64,000 nucleotides of DNA from Lingula anatina. Lineage: Eukaryota > Animalia > Brachiopoda. The stretch's first letter is position 1. Each line of letters begins with the position of its first letter. Positions 14,801 through 27,765 of this stretch are shown one piece after another. The position numbers were made by a program, and so were the translations under genes. The stretch is from the NCBI GenBank assembly GCA_051362555.1, contig CM120648.1, positions 6,444,587 through 6,508,586 of the forward strand, read 5' to 3'. The notes below the pieces were generated by a model. The model did no database searches. It worked only from the letters and a program-made list of their open reading frames with translations, and was not told the origin of the DNA.

Positions 14801-14938
14801 GTGCACAACGTGTCCCAGCTGAAATATGTGGAGGAGACTGACCTCAGTGACCTTGGAATGACCAAGCCAGAGATCCGACGCCTCAAGAAGTATTACAGGA
14901 AGGAGTGCCCACAGGGGGCGCTGGGGAAGTTTAAGAAG
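14801..14938 (+). CDS. Ack-like: PR2/Ack-like coding exon 2, SAM domain C-part
   Basis: ctttctttccaAG| VHNVSQLKYVEETDLSDLGMTKPEIRRLKKYYRKECPQGALGKFKK |GTAAGC; the DL..LGM..P..RRL pattern is SAM-like. Confidence 0.92.
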
Positions 14939-16494
14939 GTAAGCTTGTCTTGGAGTGGCAAGGCAAAACATAAACAAAAAATGTGATCTCTAATTTTAGT
15001 CTTGTGTGAATCAGTTTTACTGTCCCAAAATCTCAGAGTTAGGTGTTTCGTGTATGTGTGTGCACGCGCACGTCTGTGTGTGTGTGCATATGTGACTTTT
15101 GTGCGCGCGTGTGTCTGTGTGAATGCCTGTGTGTCTGTTCCAAATTCAAAAAATCTTTTTACCCTTCTTCTGTAAAAAAAGAGTGATTATTTACTGAAAT
15201 ATGAGACAAGACCTATTACGAGTCTTCTGATGGAAGATTCCTCTTCTTTTATGTGCTGGCTGCATATGTTATTCACAAACTCACAAAGACGATTAAATAA
15301 TTCATGTCTCATCTTTCTTTGTACATAAATTTATCCACAGGGAGGATATTTACATTGATGAGCTTATTATACAGATACAAATGAAGTCATGTTATTATCA
15401 TTTTATGATTGTTTTTGTCTTGTGTAGCCTCTGGGGTTATTGAGATATTAAATTTTGATAGACTTTCTTCTCAGCATATTTTCTCTTCTTTCTTGGAAGT
15501 TGTTTTCCAAAGTGGTTACTGAAGTTGGTGTAAAATGATCAGATTTATATTAATGGCGTATTGACATTATACAATATTTTTGTCACTGTACTATTTTTCC
15601 TTTGTTTTAAACATTGTTTTTGCAGAAATAAGCACCTGATTTAAATTTGTTTTGTTGTCAGTGGATAAAATTTAAACACCTGATGTAAATGATACTGCAG
15701 GACATAATGCTCAGAATATCTTGCCCCACCTGTGAGATTCCCTATAAAGAAGCTAGACCAAAAAATAGAAAGAGATTTGTATCCTCAATTAGGAACCATG
15801 AGTCAAATTACTTCATAAATGTAGAACTAAAATTCGTAACCAAAGGTTGAAAAGAAAGAGGATATTGAAAAGAACGATCTCCTTAAAAAGAGGTACAATT
15901 ATTTTTTAAACTGGCTTATGGATAAAATTACGCAATCCACAGACGCTGACATCATTAGTAAGGATGGAGCAGTTCAATTGCCACTCCCTAAACACATTTT
16001 GTCGGGGGAAAAACATACAGTTCACATCAGGTCTAACTTAGAGCAAAAATAGACAAGTTCTTGTCACCAGCCAAACTGATAGGTTTTGGAAAGTTTAGAT
16101 GACATTGTGGTGTCAGGCAGTTTAGTTCAGACCATGATGGGCTTGTGATGTCATTTAGTCGTATTTAAGTCATAGCTAATCTTGGTATGAACACGGTTGA
16201 TAGTTCTATTATGTTCTTCCATGTTCTTCTCACTGTGTTCATTTTTTTCTGCTCCAAAAAATGGATGTTACATTTTAGTTGTGTTTAACAATTACCTTCT
16301 AGTTCTGTTCTGACGGTGGGGAGTCACCTGGTCAACCTTGCATATAAAATGTGAGTCCTGTTGGCCAGAGGCATGTATGTACAATTAAGCTCTAGTTGCA
16401 GATAATCTCTCTATATTTTGAGAAATATTGTTATTGTTAAAAGTGATTGCCTAACATGTCTTTATGTAAAAACATGAAAAAGCTTGTTTCTTTG

Positions 16495-16790
16495 TTTTAG
16501 AGTTGCATGATGCTCATCATTTTCACACAACCTGCTGTCCCGCCATTTGTATGTCCTGAATCAGTGAACTATTTTTATGTCAGAGTTTTTTAAAATAAAA
16601 ATTTAAAACAAAGAAATGTATTCTTATTTGAAAATTGCATGATGTTCCGCATTTTCACACACCCTACTGTCCTACTATTTGTATGTACTGACTCAGTTAT
16701 TTTTTATCTTTATTTAAAAAAAAAAAAACATAGAATTATGTTTTCTTATTTGACAATTGCATGATGTTTCTCTATTTTGAAGACCCTGTA
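16495..16790. repeat. Three diverged tandem copies of an about 125-135-bp unit
   Basis: TTGCATGATG...ATTTT...CCT motif recurs at about 16503, 16635 and 16757. Confidence 0.7.
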
Positions 16791-18752
16791 GCACAATCTG
16801 TAATTCAGGTAGGAAATGGCTACAAACTTTCTCCACACCCTATGTTAGCACTGAGTATGACTCACACAGACAAAGTGCCAGAACTCTGTGGTGTTAGAAA
16901 TAGTGCTTCTTGTCAAATTTAATAACTTAATCTACCCCAGGAAGATAGCTTACAGCAAGCCGACCTCCTGATAACGGGCCCTGAAATTTTTAGCCTCCCT
17001 GTTTTGTTAGTTTTCGTCTGCCCTTTTTACCTTAAGCTGAGGGTGAATGTTGGGGAGAAGTTTTAGGTTTCTGTTTCTCTAACTAGATCAAGGAAGAGAA
17101 TATTATTTACACACTGAGGGTAGTTTTTTTGTCTGACTTTTTTTTTTTTACCTCCAACAGTAACCTAACTAAACCACAGGAAATAATTTTTTCACAAACA
17201 AATTGCTGGAATTTTTCATGAATCACCTTAAGTATGTATTATAATAGATAAAAGTTGTCTGGATTTTACCCCGATATCTGAATATTTTGGGTGGTTTATT
17301 TATGCCTCACGGACCCCCCCCCCCCTCCTCCCAATATAGGACTTGCTTAATCCGGATTTTTTAAAGGTCCACTTATATCTTAGAAATTTGCAGCTGTGAG
17401 AATATTTTTGGTTCCCCCTGTATTAGCCCTGAACTAAAACAGAAGCATTGCATGATTATCTTTTTAAGCACTTTGTACCCCTAGGAATGAATCACCAACT
17501 CATCTGGTAAAATAATGTGAGGTTACACTGGGGTGAAGGGGGGGGTTGTGGGGGGGGGTGCGGCGATGACATCTTGGCCAACTTATGGACCAATTCAACC
17601 ACACCACAGGTGCGTTATTGTAGTCAAACCTAACATCCCTGTATTTCGAGTAATTACTCCAATTAAATCAGTGTAAGAACTTGCCAGACACCCTGTAAAA
17701 TTGTTTTAATGAATCACCTCAGGTATGCTGATGTGGCCGGACTTTGTGGTCCCCCTGTATCAGCCTTAACCAGATCAAGGAAGAATTTACATGCTACTAA
17801 GGGTAATCCAGACGGTGAATGTGCATTGTTAAGTGAGTTGTGATTGTGGTCACATACCACTCTCTTAAGACGTGTGATTTTATGAAGTTGTATTCGTAGT
17901 GTATATTACATATTTATAATACATAAGACAATAAGCCAGAAGGGGATTTTGTCTACGGTATATCTCACTGAAGACAATGGTGGGATCAACCATGTCGTAC
18001 CAAATAGAAAAGACAAAAGTGACCAAGATAAAGATTTATCATAATGAAGATGATGATGATGACGGAAGGAAAGGGCTGTGGGGAAAGTTTCGACAGGTGA
18101 GATTTTTTGTCCATGTGGAGACTGACTCTTTATAACTATGACTTACGTGATGTAGATCTGTTAAAAAATAACGTTTTCACCATCCCAAGGTGACATATCA
18201 TCATTAATGGCTTTACTTTTTAGTCACTGGAGATAAGACTCTCTTTCTCTCTCTCTCTCTCTTGCAATTGCATCTGATACTAAATCATTGAAGTAAAGGG
18301 ATAAATATACTAACAAGCATTAAAAGAGACGTGCCTGGTCCCAATGCCTCATGGAGATCATCTTATCCAGGTTACGATCTTTGTTGATATATTTTGTAGA
18401 TGACAGTTTAACAAGATATACTTTATTAAAATGAAAACAACATATATAAAGAGAGAGAGGGAATGTCATTGAAATGTCAGGGACATGATGTATTGCCTAT
18501 ATGTGTGTGTGTGTGTTTTATTTTTAAATTTAAGGAATGCAGTAAGGAATGTCAAGCGGCAATAATTATGTTTAAGTGTGACAATTATATTTGGGCTGAG
18601 GAACAGGAAAGCAATTCTTTGTGGTTGCGGAGTCATAAAGAAGGGAAAAAAGCCATTTAATCAGTGAGATTGGTAAATACGTAGAAGAACAGGGTACTGT
18701 AGAGCAGTATGGAATAGAATGTGCAAAGTGAAGCACCGATCTGGCTGAGGTC

Positions 18753-18753
<1 letters not shown>

Positions 18754-18810
<57 letters not shown>
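18754..18810. repeat. (AAT)n microsatellite
   Basis: About 19 perfect units. Confidence 0.95.
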
Positions 18811-18812
<2 letters not shown>

Positions 18813-19170
18813 GTGCTGTTAACAGAATAAATGAGGATATAAATCAGATATCCATTAAACATTTGATTTTTTCTTTGCTGGTGCGCCTTTTTTTCGTAAT
18901 TAAAAAAAGGGTTCTGTAATACATGCAGAGAACGGGGCCATATATGATATTATTTACAAACTTTGTATTGGAGCCTGTCCCTTCCCATGAGTGTTTTATC
19001 AGACCGGCAGGTCAGCCTAGCATGACAGAGGGTTATAAGAGATAAGAATACACCAATGTATAGCATGTAATTAGCAGTTTAATGGGTAGGCTAGGTATTC
19101 ACCATGCAGTCATTCTGGTGGTCATCTAGGCATGCCTTTTACTTTATGATTGGGATGCAGACAGTTGATT

Positions 19171-19215
<45 letters not shown>

Positions 19216-21019
19216 CAAAATAGGCAAGTATAGATATGTGTGTGCTGATTTGATTTACTGTTATTTTTTTTCTTCCAATTGAATCCATAAAATAAGATAT
19301 TTAGAAAGAAACCAATACTTATCAGACATATATATTTGAAATTGCCTGTGGTCATTCTGCTGAAATGTTTTAGATTATAAATTGGCTAAACTTTTAAGTT
19401 ATTTAGTATTTGGCAAAATATTTACTTGTAGGTAGATTTGCAACAGAATATTGACCAGAATTTCAGGTATTTCATATATATAAATGGCCACAAATTGAAA
19501 GAGATGGACTGTCATAAGTACATTCTTTTTTTTTTTTGTTGTTGTTAATGGGTGGCAGGATTACAAAGACGAATAGCTGGAATTTTTTATGGGGATAACT
19601 TAAAAGGAATAATTTTACAAGGGCAGGGGTTAAGTTGTGCATGATTTATTTGTTTTTGAGCCAGATTTGTTTTTAAGGTTTTATTTTTTGCTGTAGGGAG
19701 TTTAAAGGCAATTTATAGAGGCTAAAAACATTTTTAGATCAGCATATTCATCATAGTGGTTTGTGTTATTTTTTATGATATAATTACAGCGTAGAAGGAA
19801 TTATAAAATAGACAAAATAAAATACAAAACATAAAAAACACAAGCACTTGCCAACCAGTTCTAGTATGTAGCCATGAAGAAAATAAGCTGCTGGATTATA
19901 AGACATTGAAGTCACCTGGCAGGTGAGACGGTGAGGTAGTTGGTAGGCTAGGGGCAAGATAATGGAGAAATAAAATGGTAAAATGAGAATGTTGTAGACA
20001 TGGGTGTCATGCAGACAGGGAATTTTTATGCTGAAGTCTGTGAAGTGGAATACTGCGGTATTGTACAGTGTTCTTTCTTGCGTATTGTTGTGCCAAGGAT
20101 AGATGGAGGGAGGGAGGGAGAGAGGAGAAGAAGAAATTGAGGTAGAGGATGGAAGGAAGGAAGGAGGAAAGAAAAGAATCTAAGAAGAGAGGAGAGAGGG
20201 AATGATAAATTAAATGGAAGGAAGAAGAAAATGAAAAGGAGGAAGAGATAGAAGAAAAGAAAGAAAAAGAGAAGAAATAGGAAGAGATGGTGAAGGCCAA
20301 AGGAAAGATAGAGAAACGTATACAGATACAAATTGTCCTAAATTCAGATTTCACAGTTGGCTGCAGCAGTGTTGTATATAATAATTAAATATATATAAAT
20401 AATTAAATAAATGGCTTGTTTTACTCAGTGCTGTAGAATCCGCATTAAGTAACAGAAAGTTTCCCATTACCTGTGAACAAATAGGATAACGGCCGATTAG
20501 CTAAATTTCCCCTCTCTATTCTCGGGTTTGTTTGAAGAAAAGTAAAAGAAAAACTGAAATTACAGGAAAAAAGTATGTCTCATACTTCTACAGATAATCT
20601 TCATATGCCAAAAAAGTAATTTGAATATGCTGATCTTTGCATCCTGGTGCATGTTGAATCTTAAGAATAGAGTGAACGAAAAAAAAGGAGGGATCTGGAA
20701 ATATTTTGTCTGCCAAGGGGTCAGAGAGCGTGCATGTATGTCATACTTAATTCCTCAGGACGCGCACCTGGTTGTTTTATCTAAGACGTGTCTCCAGTGA
20801 AGATAGACAGATCCAACTTACTGCTTCACAAGGCCTGTTTCTATTGAAGATGGGCAGTCCTTACTTAGTGTGTGCGGTCTTAGCAAGGCATCTAATTCCT
20901 GTCTTTGCTAATATGTGTGTATTTGTGATTGCATGTGGATGCTTCTTCTCATTTAGCTATCTTGTTATAATCACATCTGTGCAGTTTGTATATGCATAGA
21001 TGTTTGTGCATGTGCACAT

Positions 21020-21061
<42 letters not shown>

Positions 21062-21075
21062 ATTTTATGTATGTG

Positions 21076-21250
21076 CAGGCTCGTAGTCGGGGAGGGGGGG
21101 GCTTCCAGGATTCAAAAGGGCTGCCCTTTTTGTCAGGAAAAGGTCCATTCTGGGTAAAATTTGATCTAGGTACATAAAGATTTCATTGTAAAAGGGCCAC
21201 TTTTTACAGAAAAAGAACCCACCCTTTTGAAATTGCTGGCTACAGGCCTG
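21076..21250. mobile_element. Short hAT-like MITE
   Basis: Imperfect TIRs CAGGCTCGTAGTC / GCTACAGGCCTG; ATGTG directly flanks both ends (5-bp TSD candidate). Confidence 0.55.
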
Positions 21251-23094
21251 ATGTGTGCGTTTTCATATTTCATTCAGGGACATCTACACCACCTGATCAA
21301 CACACTGATTTATATCATATACTACAAGTAGTCACAGTTTCCAAACAATATCGGAACCATGTGTGCTTCCATTGCCAGCATATATCTCTCTCCTGGCACA
21401 CCTGGGGCTGCTGCCACAACACACCTGGCTGAATTGTGTGTGCCTTGTATATGGTCCAACACATCTACTGCTTCATTCACTTGGACAGGGTGGGCAGGAA
21501 GTTGTACACACTACTGAGATTTTATGACGGGTTTGATTAGATTGTCTGGTGATTTAACAAATGGGGTTTTATATATAGAGTTGCATCGAGTGTTTTTGAG
21601 TGTTTATGTTTATGCGTGTGCTAGGCCGTGTGTGTGCATAAAGTAACGAGCCACTGTTGATGCAGAGTTTTATGATGATGATGATAAGATGTTATTAGAC
21701 ACTTGTGATTTGAAATTTAAAAGGCCTAGTAGACTAATATCCTGATTTAATAATTCCCCAATACCAATATCTGTATAGAACATTGCTCATATTTTGATTG
21801 TGAAAAAAAAGGTGTTTTAATATATGGTATTTATATGTGCATGTGCATGTGTGAGTGTGTGTTTATGTGCATACGTCAGCATGCAGTTGGGTACAGGTTT
21901 GCGTGTTAAGCCATCACAGTTTTACTGGAAATCCACCCACCTAACCTTCTATCTAACCTTATCATCTCATAGGCAGTTTTTTTCCTTTTTTTCCAGTCAA
22001 TTTTTTCAGTCCTAGTTACTCCAATGTGAGCAGACCTTTTCAGACTTTACTTCCACAGCATACAGTCTGGCACCGCATGTGTCTATCATGTCTGTTTTGA
22101 TGTAAAAATCCATAGCCTGCTATTAATTTAGCAGTTAAAGAGGGGAATGATGTTGATGGGGGCTTCATAAAGTTATTGAATTGAGATAAAGCAATTGCCC
22201 TGGCTTGCTGGGTCATGTTGATGGAAATTGTAAATGAATTATACCACCATTGTTCTCTTACATTTATTTCCCTGCCCTAGCAAATGACTTATAATATATT
22301 GAATGTCATTACTTGTTTTTTCACCTCTAAAATGATAAGTTGCTTGGATTGATTTGAGCCCAGACAAATTTGAAACAAAAGGTATTTGTTGGAGTTCACT
22401 TTAAAGAAGTTTCCTTTTTCACCTGCAAAGTGACAGTTGTATGGAATGAGTTGAGACGAATATGTTTGAAATAACGTGTTTAGGATTTTAAAAAAAATTC
22501 CAGTTACTTTTATTTCTCATCTAACGTGATAGTTATATGGCAAACTAATGAGTCAAAATTGTAGCTGAGTGTATATTTGGCAGTTTCAAAAAACCAAAGT
22601 TATTTCAGTTGATAAAGTATTTTATATTAAAATAACCTTGTAAGTAGCGATATTGATTAGCACCCAGGTTACACTTTTTGTGTGATCCTTTCTTCTGTGT
22701 GTAAACTGTCCTTATTTAAAAATTGACCTAAGTTGTAAATTAACCAACATTACTGCATCATCACTAGTTAGGTGGCTTTATTCATGTTTATAGACAAGCA
22801 GGGTGAGTCAGGTAGTTAATGACCCTTAACCAGGTAAGAAGTACATATATTTTTAGGGTAAAGAGGCAACCAAAAATACCTCAACATTGAGAAATGTTGT
22901 TGTGATGGGGTTAAAGTGCTCTGTGTCTGTATATCTGAACATGCTTAATATTTCTCATCTCCCATTTCTTGTTTAGTTGAGATGTATATATTCCAACTAT
23001 TTTTTAGCTCACTTTCCATTTTCCTCTTCGACAATTCATAAACTGGTTTTCTGTTATCATTTTGCAGTGGTGCCAAATGTCAAACACACTGTTA

Positions 23095-23318
23095 GGGACC
23101 GTTCATATGAAAAATCTATTTTCTAAAAATCTATTTTCTATTCGCTGTATCTTGTGATCACGGTCTGTGCCCTGAATACCCTGTGGCGTAATTACTGGCA
23201 GCGCGGCCCAGTTACTTCCAAAGCTGTAATTAATTCTCCACTGCGCTCGGAGTGATCACAAGATACCGCGAATAGAAAATAGATTTTTAGAAAATAGATT
23301 TTTCATGTGAATGGAGTC
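23095..23318. mobile_element. PIF/Harbinger-type MITE with about 75-bp TIRs
   Basis: GGGACCGTTCATATGAAAAATCTATTTTCTAAAAATCTATTTTCTATTCGC..TATCTTGTGATCAC is mirrored at the right end; TTA flanks both sides. Confidence 0.85.
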
Positions 23319-26300
23319 TTAATCTGCTGTTCTGAAGATGCTCTTACACATCACAGGTATGCCACTGCATGATGGACACCGGTCAGATATGTTCATGTGG
23401 ACATTTATATATTGTACTTTATTTTTGAACCTAAACCAATATAGTATTGTGGTTTGTTTTTGAAGCTCCATCACTTGAAATATTCTACAACACTAATATA
23501 GAAAACCAGATATGGTACAATGGGCTGTGATGGTATAGTCAGAGGTTAAAACCCATTTGTGGAATGTTGTTGACCAAGTTATTGCAATTATGGGACATTG
23601 TTGCATTCCTTTCCAAAAGAAAAAAAGTAATAGGCACACAGGCAATTATGACAATTTTTGTGACGATAGCCATTCAAATAAAAGAATGGGTGTGATTGTG
23701 TTGTGGTGATTTTAACAAGGAAAATATTTACCACCTCGAGCTTAAAAAACAGATCATTTTACTACTTTTGTGGTGTACTTTACGGGGGACAATAGTGTTT
23801 TTTGTTGATGGGTGGAGGCTGATGTTAGTAAGATAATATTTGGTTTAGGTTGTGGAGAAATGGGACCGGGGCCCTGTCTGTTACTCCCACTGAGTCAGGC
23901 GACCAATAATTGGATACAAACTGTTACAGTTATCTGAGCCGGGATTTTCATTATGGAGTTCTTGTTGCAATTTCTTGAAATGTTGACCTCTATTTTCTGG
24001 GTCAGAGATAGGCATCTCTATTAGAAGAAGTTGTCTCCCCCCCCCCCTCCCTCCATCCCGCTCAACTTTTCAATTGAAACCAAACAATTATCCTTGAGTT
24101 ATAAATCCAGTGGAAAGTCAAATTATATAAGTTTTCTGTGTCTTATGTTGTAATACTGGATCCTTATTCTAGCTGTTTGTAATTATTTAAGGGTGGGTTG
24201 GGGGGGGGAGGGGAGAATTCATTGGGTTATTGTTATTGGTATTTTCATTTAGGTTATTTTATAAAGAAATTAAGTTACTATGATACACGTTTAAAGGAAA
24301 ATGTGTCAAAATTAACAGTCATCAAAAGGCATACTTTACAAACACTAGAAAACCTCTCAGAGTTACAAGTAGTAGTTGGTAGTCCTCTGATGAAAACCAC
24401 AATGTTTCATTTGTGCAGCTCTTCCTGCTTTCCATGTATACAAAGTGAGTTTGAAAAAACAAGGACTTCCGAATACTCTGAAATAAAATCCGTCTGCTTG
24501 TCCATCGTAAGGTGGAAACTAGTGGCGGTGACTCATCAGAAATTGGTGTAGAAAAAAAAATCACATCTTAATCCACTTATCTCTGCAGAACACATTGCAC
24601 ATGTTTGGGACTTTCTCATTTGAACGTGTAATGTAATATTGGGAACACACTGTAAGAGTTCTTTTTTGTTTGGAGACTAGAAATGTGAGAACTCTTCTGT
24701 ACTGGAAGTTGAAAACTGACAATCTTGTCTGCTGTCAAAAGAACAGTTTTTACAATGTGTGAATGGAGGAAGTTTTGAAAAAAAAAAAAAGGAAAAGAAA
24801 TAATCTAAGGACATTTTAATCTTCAGCATGGAAAATGAGACAGATGCTTAGAAGAAAACTAGGAAATATTTTGATCTGATAACCATATGCTTACTTCTCA
24901 GGGTTCTCTCATAATGGTTCAAGGAAAAAAATGATTGATAGATTGGGTTGAAGCTATTATGTTCTGCTGTATGTCAGTAAACAGAGTGAATGTTTTTATG
25001 GAACTTTTTATGAAAGGAGCATACCTTCTTCTTTTAAGTTTATCTACCTATTTATGTTTTGTGTTCAATTTGATGTGACCTTGTAAATATAGAAGATTTA
25101 TTAATTGTCACATGTATGGATAAATGAATGAATCGATCTGTAAACACATGGATAGATGGATGGGTGGGTGGATAGATGGATGTAAGAAAAGAAAAGGTAC
25201 ACCAATATAAAATGCATATTTGCCTGTACTACTCACCAAAAGGAGGTAACCTAAGGCTAAGGGCTTTATTTTTTTCCTGTGGTAGTAAATTTTGGCAGAC
25301 ATGAAGTACATAATCCATCATTTTTATGAACTGAAAAGACATGTAACCATCTAGAACTGCTTGTATCCACATGCAGGTAGAGCATCCACACCCTGGATGA
25401 GGTCATATCGAAGTGTTTGTACATGCAGAGTGCAATTTGGCATAACAGGGGAAATATAGACATTTCAGTTTAAGTTTCAAAGCTCCAATACCACTTCAAC
25501 TTGAACACTATAAGAAGCTGAGAAACAATATCTGTGACATTTCTTCAAAATTATTACAACCCCATGCAAAACGATGTCATTATATGGAACTCGCAGCTGG
25601 TATCTTGCTTCAAATATGTGATGTTTTTTCTTTTGCTGCGCCAAATTTATACATATAACCACCTCTTATTGAGTTCAACAGGTGTACATGACCTTAAGTG
25701 ACCTTTGACCTCAGATGACCTTGAACAAGACCCCTGGCTGTGATAGTGATAGAAATATAGGACCAGCTCCATATTGTAGCTAAATTTGAACCAGGTTACA
25801 ATCCGTTCCTTACTTAGCTGTGTATGCATAATAACAGCTGAATACTGAGGCATATTGTATATATGTAGACAACACTGTGTATGTTAGTGTATGTATACCA
25901 GCATGTATATGCAGGGTTATATGCATGCATATGGGATACTGTGATTATGATAATTGCACACTTAAAAACGATTACTTTTTTGATGCAACATTTTGTCTAG
26001 TTAACATGATGGAGAATGAGAAAACCACGGGGAATTTCATCTAAATAGTTCATTAGGACAAGATGTTTTATAAATCAGTTCTGTTCTGTTTGAAGTTGTA
26101 GACTGAGAGCCATAATTCAAGATTCTTCTGACCTCTTGCGAGATATCAGAAAGAAATTTTCCAGAACATCTCAGCAAAAAGTTTCTGTCTCTGAAACATC
26201 AGATAAAAGGGAGGGATTCCAGATTTTCTTTGACTAAGTGCAGTTGAATGCCAGACTGGTGTAAACAAAGTAATGTGATGTCTTGTTGTAAAAAAAGACT

Positions 26301-26633
26301 TTTTATTGACAAAAAAAGATATTTTAAAATCAAAGAACAGCTATTTTGGCAAAGTCGGAACAGCAGAAGTAGTCCCTATTCATATTCAAAGATATTGGGA
26401 TAATTTTAACTGAGGGAATGGTAAAATAGGGCATTTTTTCCATTGACACGCAACTTAAAATCCAGAAGGCATTTAGTTGATGGACGTGATTTGGTGTTGT
26501 TTGTTGGCCAGTTTGCTAACAATTTACAAAAAGATTTGTCTCAGGCTGACAACTGTCTTGGCATGGACAGAAGAAAGCATCAGATAAATGAATAGGTTTG
26601 TTATGATTGATCTCCTTATCAGTTTGGGCATAT

Positions 26634-26670
<37 letters not shown>

Positions 26671-27640
26671 TGATGAATACTCCTTGCCTCCAAACTAAAA
26701 ACACATGCTTGTAGATACGCACTGCCTCTGAGGAAGATCAGTCTCAGAAAGTACAATATTTATATTGATAGCTGGAATCTGAGAGAGTGGAACTGGCTGA
26801 GTTGATAGAGAAAGCTGTATGGAGTGGTTTCTGCCATAATATTTTTCTTAGTGGTGAGAAACATTTTCTCGCTAAATTAGACCTCATGGTCGGGATGTAC
26901 GTACTGTAATTGATACACTGGATAAAAGCAGGTACAAGATTATTGAGCACTGTGGTGATTTAGGAGGTTGAGATATTCAATCACCAAGGATATTTGATGA
27001 ACTTCTTAGTAAGTCATACTTGAAAAAGAACTAACATCTCAGCCTGAAGAGAGCATTTAACTGCCAACAAGTTGCTCGTGATTTATGCCAGAAAAAAGTT
27101 GAGACCAGCGTGTATGGAATTGCAGAAGACAACTCGGAAGATTTCAAGAAATCCTGCCAGTACTCCTTTTCAGCCGAGTTATGAAGCAGGTGTGTAAGAA
27201 ATGCACCTGTGTACAAACAAAATTGTGGAGAGGATTTACAAAGATTCCAGAGATTACTGTGTTTTTGTCAGCAGTGTTAGAGGTTATTTTCTTACAGTGC
27301 TGGACATGTTTAATATTGTAGAAGAACTGTATTTGTTCCTGGAAACTTGAAGATCAGACTCCCAGTAATCCACCAATATTTCACTCAAAAATTTCATTCA
27401 TCTTTTCAAAAGTTTGGTTCAAAAGCAAAATAATTCCATTGTATAGACAGAAGACCTTATTTTTGAAAGAAGGATCCAAGATACCAGGGATCTCAGACAT
27501 TTTCAGTGCATCATTTTGAATTACCCTCATAACCATACCTATTAACTATACAAGTTACTCAGACATCCAGGAGCACCACCTGTGGTATTACCAAAATTAC
27601 AGGCATATTAAACCATGATTATGTGATGTATTCCAGTGAA

Positions 27641-27765
27641 CAGTTTTAGACTTGCCTCTACCCAGGTATTGCAGTTTTAGACTCGCCTGTACCAAAGTAT
27701 CACAATTTTAAACCCGCCTGTACTAAAATATCATAGTTTTAGACCCGCCTGTACCCAGGTATTTT
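27641..27765. repeat. Minisatellite, 4 diverged units of about 31 bp
   Basis: CAGTTTTAGAC(T/C)(C/T)GCCTGTACC(C/A)AGGTAT-like units head to tail, no spacers. Confidence 0.8.

Noticed and set aside
20007-20354. Phe/Ser/Leu-rich membrane protein ORFs
   Set aside because: Reverse translation of a GA-rich low-complexity tract.
25690-25830. TGACCT/TGACCTTTGACCT cluster as a nuclear-receptor element or Helitron-like relic
   Set aside because: The motif is common in invertebrate dispersed repeats, but I cannot define ends or a family, and regulatory function cannot be supported from sequence alone.
27641-27765. Cas9-type repeat suggested by GTTTTAGA
   Set aside because: Four contiguous diverged units without spacers; an ordinary minisatellite.
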